Assembly (NCBI GenBank): GCA_034226945.1
Contig: CP120460.1
Span: 558,001 to 622,000 of the forward strand
Reading direction: 5' to 3'
Source: Picochlorum sp. SENEW3
Lineage: Eukaryota
DNA: 64,000 nt
A model generated the notes under the pieces. That model ran no database searches, was not told the DNA's origin, and saw nothing but the letters and a program-made list of their open reading frames with translations. Both the position numbers and the translations under genes were made by a program. Position 1 is the stretch's first letter, and every line of letters starts with the position of its first letter. Positions 55,810 through 64,000 of this stretch are shown in pieces.

Positions 55810-57447
55810 TTACACAAGAGGAATTGCTAGACGAGATGCAAAACCAGTCACCCATACTGTAACTGGTAAGATGGCCAAAGCATATAGCTTCAGGAGGAGC
55901 CGTGCTAGTTCTGGCGCAGCTCCTTGGGTGACTTGATTTAGCTGCAGCGCTATGAGAAGATTTTGCGCGGATGGCATCACTGATTGTACAGCGACAACAA
56001 ACAAGAAGATGGGATCAGAAAGCACAGTGCTGAACAGAGTCATCTGTGAAAGCATCCTGAACAGCAGGATCGCGGTCGTTGGAGCCAGGATGAATCTAAC
56101 AATACCTAGAACGCATAATGCGCGTGTCTCAGCCAAGGACTCACTCTTGAAGAAGCTTTTGATTTCCCCAAGAATACCAGGCGCACGCTTTGGTGGTGCA
56201 CCATCTGCAGGCTGTAGAAGAGATGCTGCTAGAACCAGTGTCTGTATCGCTAATGTACCACCACCAAGCATTTCAACGACTTCGTAAACATTCTGCAAAC
56301 CAAATGAAACTATTGAAAGCTCAAATGGTAACACAATCCCAGCTGTAGACATGCTCCCTGTCGAGAAAATACTCTGTCCAATAGGAGTCAGCCCCAAACA
56401 AACAGCCAATACAACTGCAATCACGGGTGGATTCATGGTACCTTTGAGCATCTGAGACCATGAAAACTTCTGCCCCATGCCCTGATCCCTTTGATACCCT
56501 CTCTGGATTGAATACAAGCCAAAACTCCACAAGCATGGTGACCAGGCCAACAAATAGAGACCCAGGTATGCCACAGCCCTATCTGCTATAGCCCCAGGAA
56601 GCAAACTCAGCAAAAACACTGCTGGTAAAGTAAAAGAATTCTGAAACGCGCATGCGGCCGCAATAAGACTTTTGTATCCAGCTGAAGCCTTCTCCGGCTT
56701 GGGCAGCAACGCTGCAGTCGCATGTGGAACACCCATGGCCTTTGATGTTGCTTCGGCAACAGTAGTACTCGCCTTTTTCTTCGCAAATGGTGCCCATCCT
56801 GCAATTTTAAAAGAACTCATGCTATCTTCATCTACCAGGGGAGACAACAGTCTTCCCCAAAAGGCCCCTACGCCAATCTGCGTCACAGCAGCAACTGCCA
56901 TGCCCACCAACAACCCTGGATCCGACTGCATCGCCAGGATCGACACTACTTTGACAAACAGCATGCATGGTATTAAAAGCTGAAAAGAAACCTGAACAGT
57001 AAAAAAAACACGGTGCATATGCAGTTGCTTCCTCGAGGAGTAACCAGACACAAACATCCATACCTGTGCCAGGACAACAGATGTGTTCACAGGAATCCTT
57101 CCACTCTCCGAAAGCCATCGCACAGCCATACAGATGATCAGAAGCTTTAAAGATGCTGACGTTGTCGATGTCAGTACCACTGGATCGATACTCTCACGCA
57201 CGAAAGAATACACCCCAGACCCAACAGCCTGTGCTGTCCCAAGAGCACTTGTTGTTCGCACAGAGACCAATCCAGCACTCCTTTTTTCTCCGGCACTACT
57301 ATAACCTATTTTTGAAGAATTCAATGGAACATGTCGAGGATCGATCAGCCGAGACGTGTCTTTCCTCGAAAGCCTGGCCACATGTCGTTGCCTACAAAGC
57401 TGGGTGCCCGCACAATGGCTGACTTTCGTAAGCTGCAAACTTTTCAT
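55810..57447 (-). CDS. Auxin efflux carrier family (PILS-like) membrane transporter with transit-like leader; probable intron 56992..57063
   Basis: 'FQLLIPCMLF', 'ACAFQNSFTLP', 'NPPVIAV', 'LGGGTLAIQTLVLAASL', 'IVRFILAP', 'DPIFLFVVAVQSVMPSAQNL'. The 72-nt GTATGG...TTCAG segment interrupts 'LAQ|VSF'. Confidence 0.85.
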   Translation of the reverse strand: MKSLQLTKVSHCAGTQLCRQRHVARLSRKDTSRLIDPRHVPLNSSKIGYSSAGEKRSAGLVSVRTTSALGTAQAVGSGVYSFVRESIDPVVLTSTTSASLKLLIICMAVRWLSESGRIPVNTSVVLAQVWMFVSGYSSRKQLHMHRVFFTVQVSFQLLIPCMLFVKVVSILAMQSDPGLLVGMAVAAVTQIGVGAFWGRLLSPLVDEDSMSSFKIAGWAPFAKKKASTTVAEATSKAMGVPHATAALLPKPEKASAGYKSLIAAACAFQNSFTLPAVFLLSLLPGAIADRAVAYLGLYLLAWSPCLWSFGLYSIQRGYQRDQGMGQKFSWSQMLKGTMNPPVIAVVLAVCLGLTPIGQSIFSTGSMSTAGIVLPFELSIVSFGLQNVYEVVEMLGGGTLAIQTLVLAASLLQPADGAPPKRAPGILGEIKSFFKSESLAETRALCVLGIVRFILAPTTAILLFRMLSQMTLFSTVLSDPIFLFVVAVQSVMPSAQNLLIALQLNQVTQGAAPELARLLLKLYALAILPVTVWVTGFASRLAIPLV

Positions 57448-57925
57448 ACCACTCTTGAGATACTTTTAATTGCAGCATCGCTGTCCAGATTGGCTCCATG
57501 AGGTTTTGAAGATTTCTCAGAATGGTGGGTTTCCTACTTTGAAACATGACCACATCCGTTGAGGTCCGTCTCAAGAAACACCCGCATTGTCACAGGCATT
57601 GGGTCACTAATAAATATCTGAAAGTATTCGACGAGAGATAAAATTCCCGAGTGGGTACAGGAAGCAGAACTACTATTCAAGTTTTGCTTCTGCTTGGTCT
57701 TACAGTGTCTTGTGCAAAAATATGTAGTCGTGACATGCACAAACCGGATCGTTTTTGCTAATATATTTTGAAATAGTTCAAGGAAATGCAAAAGAGCTCA
57801 CCAATACAGCCCCAAAGCTCGACAAGTCATCGACATGTGGCTGTCAGTCACATGTCACTCAAGGTATGCGCGTGCTTGGTCCCCAATCCTACCTACCCTT
57901 ATATATTATCACATTTGTTAATTAA

Positions 57926-59659
57926 ATGAATAATAATATCACGCAGGTTCTGTTTGCGCCCGTGGGAAATGGATACAGTCGACCGCCTGTCAGGGCCTCG
58001 CCTGTCCTGTGGGACACTCGAGCCAAGCGCTGTGAGCGCACTCGTCTCCATGCGCAGTCCGAGAATGGATCCTATACACCACTCTCATCTCCTTTATGTA
58101 AAGAGTGTGGGGGAAGGCGAATGATAAAATCATCTGCTGGGTACTTGCCCTGTCCTGTCTGTGTCCCTTGGAGCCAGAGGCCAGATTACACTCCACGAAA
58201 GCTTATTGATAGTAAAGACTTGAATCTGACGGATATGGAAGATGATGATGATTTAAATGAGAAACAAAGAAAGCCTACTGTGATGACAGAGGAGAGGCGT
58301 TTGGCAATTAAACAGGCAATGCAGAATAGAGGTCCTTTGGCTCAGGAACACCGACGGAAGATTTCTAATTCGGTTCGAGCGAGATATGCCAGCGATCCGT
58401 CGCTGCGGCAAGTAGGGAAGAGGAAACGGTGTAGTGTGTGTGGACAAGAAGGGCATAATAAGAAGACCTGCCCGCAGTTGAGTGGATCTCCTAGTGCTAG
58501 TACAGAGAAGAGGGTGACTGCAAAGAGCAAACGACGACCTCCTACATGCAGTGTGTGTGGAGAAATAGGGCATCGGAAAACAACGTGTCCACAGTTGAAC
58601 AAGGTGAAGCAGAATGTCACGTTGAAACCAGATATACCTGAGCCAGTGGAGGTTATTTTTGAGAATGAAAGTGTATTGGATCCTTTATCAGATCAGCCTC
58701 GCTCCAACGCATTCCCCTATCCCACGACACCTGCGAGTGATGCAAAATCAGTAGTAAGGACTGATCGTTTTTCCAAGTGGCCGATGAGGTCATTGCGGGG
58801 AGGGTCAGAGGTGGCAGTGTCCAAGGATGGCACAATCATTTTCCCCTTGCCGGTCCAACAGGATCAATGTGTTGCACAAGCGGCAGCCGCCGTCCAACGG
58901 GCCTGGGAGGACGGCATTCGACGACAGAATCTAGAGATTCTACTTCCTCAACAAAACTCTGCAATAGATGGGGGATGGCCCGGTGGTATCAAGCAACAGT
59001 TTAGAGTAGCCTTGCCAATTGTTGAATCTCTGCTTCTCATCCTAAAAGATGTGGATGGCCTGCAAGGTCGTATTACTGCTGAATTCCTGGATGAAACAGA
59101 TTGTGTCGGCGCATGGCAGAGCGAAAAGCTTGCAGCAGTGCTGTTCCCTACCGCCGAGACCATACCATCATTGCAGCGAATAGATAATGCGCTGAGTGGA
59201 GAACGCCTCAACCTCATCATCAACCCTCAGTGGCAGCTCAACGGCCAAGTCGTGTCAGATTTTGGATTTGGGAAGCAACGCGCGTTGTCAGAGAAATTTA
59301 TCAACAGCCTAGAGTATGTGTATTATTTACAACGCATTCGCATCATGGGGGATGAGGTTCGAGTCCTCCGTTGCTATCCTGGAAAATGGCAAGTGTATTG
59401 GATGGGGTCTAGTGCCAAGGATTCCAAATTACTCGCCGTAGAACAGCACAAACCATCATACGAAAGGCTTGTTGAGATTCTCAAAAGCGATAAAGATACT
59501 CGTGTTAATAAATCCTGGATTGATAGGTTTTTGGATCGGAGAACGTTTGATGAAATTGCCACCTGGGATTCAGAATCTGCCGTCCAAAATGGTGCCATTG
59601 ACATTGTGACTGGGGAGGTCTTATCCCGTGGAGAAGAGAATAATTCAAATAATTTGTAA
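57926..59659 (+). CDS. Plastid-like protein: CxxC..CxxC finger + NUMOD3-like motifs + two CCHC knuckles + DUF1995-like domain
   Basis: 'CKECGG...CPVC'; 'TEERRLAIKQAM...EHRRKISNSV'; 'CSVCGQEGHNKKTCP' and 'CSVCGEIGHRKTTCP'; 'AVQRAWEDGIRRQ.LE...WPGGIKQQFR...IINPQW...VLRCYPGKWQV'. Confidence 0.78.
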   Translation: MNNNITQVLFAPVGNGYSRPPVRASPVLWDTRAKRCERTRLHAQSENGSYTPLSSPLCKECGGRRMIKSSAGYLPCPVCVPWSQRPDYTPRKLIDSKDLNLTDMEDDDDLNEKQRKPTVMTEERRLAIKQAMQNRGPLAQEHRRKISNSVRARYASDPSLRQVGKRKRCSVCGQEGHNKKTCPQLSGSPSASTEKRVTAKSKRRPPTCSVCGEIGHRKTTCPQLNKVKQNVTLKPDIPEPVEVIFENESVLDPLSDQPRSNAFPYPTTPASDAKSVVRTDRFSKWPMRSLRGGSEVAVSKDGTIIFPLPVQQDQCVAQAAAAVQRAWEDGIRRQNLEILLPQQNSAIDGGWPGGIKQQFRVALPIVESLLLILKDVDGLQGRITAEFLDETDCVGAWQSEKLAAVLFPTAETIPSLQRIDNALSGERLNLIINPQWQLNGQVVSDFGFGKQRALSEKFINSLEYVYYLQRIRIMGDEVRVLRCYPGKWQVYWMGSSAKDSKLLAVEQHKPSYERLVEILKSDKDTRVNKSWIDRFLDRRTFDEIATWDSESAVQNGAIDIVTGEVLSRGEENNSNNL

Positions 59660-59675
59660 ATTAATAACAGATACT

Positions 59676-59828
59676 ATGGATTCTCGAGTAGCCATTGGCA
59701 TCATTTTCCTCTTTGGAAGTGGCATTTGGTATGCTGCGTTCCAGCGCATGATTTCCCAGACTCTGGCATTTTTCATTCTTTTGGTATTGACATTTGTCAT
59801 CAGAGTGATATTGTCAAAATCAGAGTAA
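59676..59828 (+). CDS. Candidate 50-aa two-TM microprotein
   Basis: MDSRVAIGIIFLFGSGIWYAAFQRMISQTLAFFILLVLTFVIRVILSKSE. Two hydrophobic stretches; starts 16 nt after the upstream stop. No family recognised. Confidence 0.4.
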   Translation: MDSRVAIGIIFLFGSGIWYAAFQRMISQTLAFFILLVLTFVIRVILSKSE

Positions 59829-60418
59829 ATACAATGCATACTATCCCAGAATGCGCGTCATTATTGCCCTGTGTTGATCTAGAACAACTAGTACCCTAAC
59901 CCTATTGGTAACATATTGGTATTTTTTGATGTACGTGGCCAGCAGTCAACCTGGGTACAATGCATCGTGACGGCCATGAATGCATTGTGAACTATTCGTG
60001 CCGCAAGTATCTTGATGGCTTGATCAAGGATTTGGGCATTGCAATATTAACTGCGGCGAAAACACAACAATTGTGTTGCTGTTGGAGATCTCTGTGTACT
60101 TACTAGCATTTACATTCGGTAGTATACACGTTTGTTCATGTAACAACAACCATATCCACAGTCTTTTAATATTTTCAATGAAAATGATATCCTTTATCTC
60201 CATTCGTTGCATGCGCACGGCCTGACGGATCAGTTGTGTTCTGCTGTGTGGAGTTGGTTGAGTAGCTGACGCAGTACTACTAGACAAGAATTCTGCACGC
60301 CTCCCTCATATAGGTATACTGGTCCATAGAACTACAAAAGATTACATTTTGATAGAATTTCTTCGAGTGCGGTGGAGAACCATTCGAGTGCCGAACATCT
60401 CTTGCACACCAGAACAAT

Positions 60419-61945
60419 ATGAGCGGCAAAGGTGTCGAGGTGCTCCGGAATGAATTTCGCACAAAATACACCATCAATATGATATTATGGATAGTTGTAG
60501 CGACATGGTACGGTACATTGGGTACATGGCATGGCGTGTGACGTGTGTGAAAAGAAGACTGGTTTGGTTGTGTAGGCTGGCTTTTCTGACCTTTACGAGC
60601 ATGGCTCCGATTCGAGTACAACCCGACAGTAAAGATACAGCAGGATTCTTGGCAAAACGTGTCAAAGAATTGCAGTCAAGAATAGACCAGTTGATGACAC
60701 AGAGTACAGTGGTCCGAGAGACCAAGCGCCATATTCAATCTCCAAGCACAGTGGACCAATCCTGGAGGTTTTGGCCAGGAGCTACATACCTTGAAGCACT
60801 TCCAAATTGTCAGACGCTCAAGTGCATTCGAGAAGCTCACAGACTGTTGCCCAAAAGAAATATATCATACAACTTTCCACACTTTTTTATTGCTGGGTAT
60901 TCAAAATCTGCCAGCACGAGTATCTACCAGTACGCTAGATAATGCAAGTATTTTCACTTGAATACACCATCATCATTATCATGAACTTGTGCAGGTTTTT
61001 GAACACCCATCCAGAGATTCTACCTCCACATGAAAAGGAACCAATCTTGTTTTCAGACATGTGTTCGTATGACAGGGGGAAAATGGACTGTCCTTATGGA
61101 AAGCAGCGAGAATATATTCATGATATTTTAAAAGTACAGCAATATGTGGATTCAGGTGGAACGCTGGCTGCATACCAAGCCACCCCAAGAATCATGGATG
61201 TACGTTGTTGTTGCAATGCAAAACTCATGGCATGACATTTCAGACATTGCGTCACTCTTGTGCAGTTGGGCGTCCATTTCGCAGAAATATTACGGGAATA
61301 CATGCCTTGGTTAAAGCTCATCTCAAGTATGAGAGAGCCAATTAGCAGAAGTATGTCAAAGTACATCATGGCCAAGGATAAGTTTGAGTCGGGATGTTTA
61401 ATGAATCATACCATGGTTTTTTGCCTTCGCCGCGACAGAGAAAAACTGTTCGGCAATCCAAAAAATGCCTATTACTCGCGGCCGCTCAAAGCGTGGCTCG
61501 ATAATTATCCATCAGATCAGCTTCTTCTTGTCCAATACGAAAAGGTAGGAATGAATGACTCTTCACACAATAAAAATAATAATGCAGTTCCTCATCGGCA
61601 CACGTAACATATCATGTGCAGGTCGTTGCTGAGGACACTCAACAAAAAGAACTCTCCCGCATCAAAAAATTCATCGGCATCAATCCCTCCTTGAATGAAG
61701 ACACCTTGGATTTTGGGCGAGTAAACTGCCGACATTGCACCATCAATCCAGATGGGTGGCCCATGAAAGAAAAAGTGTACAGAAAGCTCATCGAGCTCGT
61801 CATGCCAGATGTGCTAGAAATTGTGCGATTAATCGACCTGTTTGACTTGGGTAATGGAACGCAGTGGTTTGACACATGGGCCAAAGTCTGGGACGACAAT
61901 CTGAGCCGCTGTGTCAACGGATTCTGCAACATTACGCTATCATGA
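60419..61945 (+). CDS. Type II membrane PAPS-dependent sulfotransferase, copy 1; model join(60419..60507,60576..60929,60995..61199,61266..61544,61622..61945)
   Basis: Four GT-AG introns splice in frame. 5'-PSB motif 'PHFFIAGYSKSASTSIY..L.THP', 3'-PB motif 'KLISSMREPISRSMS', N-terminal TM. Resembles the heparan-sulfate 3-O-sulfotransferase fold. Confidence 0.85.
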
Positions 61946-62217
61946 GGAAATCAAAAGTACTTTTATACGCGAGAACGCCTGCGATGAATCATGAAACCTT
62001 CTTTGTACCCCTCAGACTCGCCTTTTATTTTATATATTAATAATTAATGTCTACTGTATCCAATATAATGGACATTGTCCGAGTTATGGTATTCAACGAA
62101 CATTGAGATCCCAGCGAGTAAACGATCCGTCCGGTACCCAGTTGATATTTCATGCAAAGTTTCCATCTTTCAGAACTTTATGCAAATAAAAAATAATAAT
62201 TAGGCATTAAGAGTACA

Positions 62218-63349
62218 ATGGATGGTAGAAGAAGAGAGTATAGAGCGGTGGGTGCTGAGTATCAGCCAGGGGCTGGCAGCTCCACCTGGCGGATAGGAAA
62301 CATTGCAGTATATCTTTTCATGGCCATTACACTTATCTGGTACGCGTTAATATCAATAGTACACGCCCTCCTTCTATGGCAGTATTCACTCAAGACGCAC
62401 GCATGGTGCTTGCAGGTTGTCAGTGCTCACAGTAGACAGGGCATCCTCTGTGCCACCTCTGGAGCATAATATCAACAATGCAGCGATCCACATTCCTGAA
62501 GAATCAAAAACCATCAAGAAAGAAGAAGAACGAGTACAAATTCCCGTCAAACAGCCGGAGGCCACCACTATGAAGAAGACGTTTATTCGATTCCAAGAGC
62601 CAGGAATGACATTTTTGGATGCCATCAAAACATGTGAGACATTCAATTGTCTTCGAGAGGCACATTTGCTACCAAAGGGAAATGCCACATATAACTTTCC
62701 GCATTTCATCATCGCTGGATATTCAAAATCAGCAACGACCAGTCTGTACAGGTACCTCAACACCCATCCAGCATTCATGAACCCAAAGAAGAAGGAGCCA
62801 GCCTTGTTTACAAATCGCTGCGATTTTACAGGGAAAAAGATGTTCTGTCCTCCATACAGGGTCAAAGAATACATAGAAACCATTTTGAAAAGGGACAAAT
62901 TTGTCAAAAGTGGAGGAAATGTCATCATGTTTGAAGCCACCCCACGCATCTTTGATCTAGGCCCTGATCTTGCAGAAATCCTATACGACCTCATGCCTTG
63001 GTTAAAATTAGTGGCCAGTCTCCGGGAACCCATCAGCAGATCCATCTCAAAGTATGTGATGTTTAAGGAGAAATTCAACAAGGGCTGTTTCGTAGATAAA
63101 CCACTAGATTGGTGCCTCAAACTATTAATATCTTCGATGGCAATCTCTTCACAACTGATGACCCATCATGCCAAGGTGATCCAATTATTCTGTTCATTAG
63201 TTTCATTATATAAATTACATTTCAACATTACATATTCGGTATATACAACCAGAGAAAACGATACCTGGGGTCCTCAGCGCAACGGAGATCTGACTATCAA
63301 GGTCACGTATCCGGGTGGCTTCTCTGGAGACTATACCACCAAGATATAG
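62218..63349 (+). CDS. Sulfotransferase copy 2, C-terminally truncated or chimeric; model join(62218..62339,62416..63349)
   Basis: Same phase-2 intron within the Trp codon of the TM as copy 1. 'PHFIIAGYSKSATTSLY', 'KLVASLREPISRSIS'. Similarity to copy 1 stops at 'WCLK' (about 63121). Confidence 0.75.
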
Positions 63350-63374
63350 TCTTTATTGTATATATACATAGTAC

Positions 63375-64000
63375 ATGGGGTCACCGACCAAATACGGGTC
63401 CCCATTGGGTGCTCAGTCTCCCAGTGGGGCGGGAACGGCTCGCTCAAGTATGGGCCAGTTCTTTTTCATGGCAATCATTGTGATATGGTGTGTATTTTTA
63501 ATTCATCATCAAACGATATAGAGCACAATGATAGGATGTGTATGCGTGCAGGTTGTCGGTGCTGACTCTGGAGAGGACAGAGGCGGTTGGGCGATACATG
63601 TCTACATCGTTTACTGAAGACACAGAGAGCAAGAGTCGCCTGGAGGATGCTCCAGCAAAGAATGCAAAGCCAACATTTGATACCTCTATACGAACAGTAC
63701 AGGAAGATGAGACAAAGTATATCACGCGAGGGAAGAATATGACATGGAGGTTTCCACGGGATTTGCCCTTTTTGGAAGCTTTACCAACATGTGAGACGTT
63801 GAAATGCGTTCGCGATGCTCACCTTCAGCCTCGCGGCGATGCGCGGTTCAACTTTCCTCACTTTATTATTGCTGGGTATTCAAAATCGGCGAGTACGAGT
63901 CTGTACAAATATCTGATCCACCACCCAGAGATAGTTGTGCCAAAGGTGAAGGAAGCCGGTCTATTTACTGACAGATGTTCCTTCGAGGGAAAGCGAATGG
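63375..64000 (+). CDS. Sulfotransferase copy 3, 5' part, runs off window and is missed by the ORF track; model join(63375..63487,63552..>64000)
   Basis: MGSPTKYG...FFFMAIIVIW|LSVLTLER...FLEALPTCETLKCVRDAHLQP...FNFPHFIIAGYSKSASTSLYKYLIHHPEI. Confidence 0.85.

Noticed and set aside
57660..57706. 12-bp hairpin followed by ACA, with an upstream AGATAA (possible H/ACA snoRNA)
   Set aside because: No convincing first hairpin or guide pocket could be built by eye; needs a covariance search.
59894..59903. CCCTAACCCT telomere-like sequence
   Set aside because: Fewer than two units; expected by chance.

Overview
Gene-dense eukaryotic nuclear DNA from a green alga. The inferred lineage is a compact-genome chlorophyte/trebouxiophyte such as Picochlorum, based on a nuclear psaN, many plastid/mitochondrial transit peptides, short (about 60-230 nt) GT-AG introns, TGTAA poly(A) signals and a Chlorella-type 5S rRNA. 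About 35 protein genes can be supported. Many needed re-building from the ORF track by adding spliced 5' exons. They include a PIG-S-like gene, PS decarboxylase, a secreted FN3/beta-propeller protein, SEC11, an XRN-family nuclease, a kinesin, two class I heme peroxidases, ECM29, an F-box/SNF2/CW protein, PsaN, RH3, GSH1, DapF, a prosaposin-like gene, P5CDH, an apyrase, a UBA-FYR-U-box protein, RPS10, Peter Pan, a PILS-like carrier, a zinc-knuckle/DUF1995 fusion and three tandem sulfotransferases. There is also an intron-containing tRNA-Pro(CGG) and a solitary 5S rRNA gene. Most notable observations: (1) a same-strand MFS > alpha/beta-hydrolase > cytochrome c peroxidase run in which stop codon, poly(A) signal and next start codon are interlocked (TGTAATAATG), a candidate polycistronic or overlapping unit; (2) a secreted protein ending in seven near-identical 46-aa Asp-box repeats that vary mainly at a few fixed positions; (3) a decayed SWIM+CxC, KDZ/Zisupton-like transposase relic; (4) a sulfotransferase array with intron differences and a truncated or chimeric middle copy. 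All family calls come from motif recognition by eye; no database searches were run.
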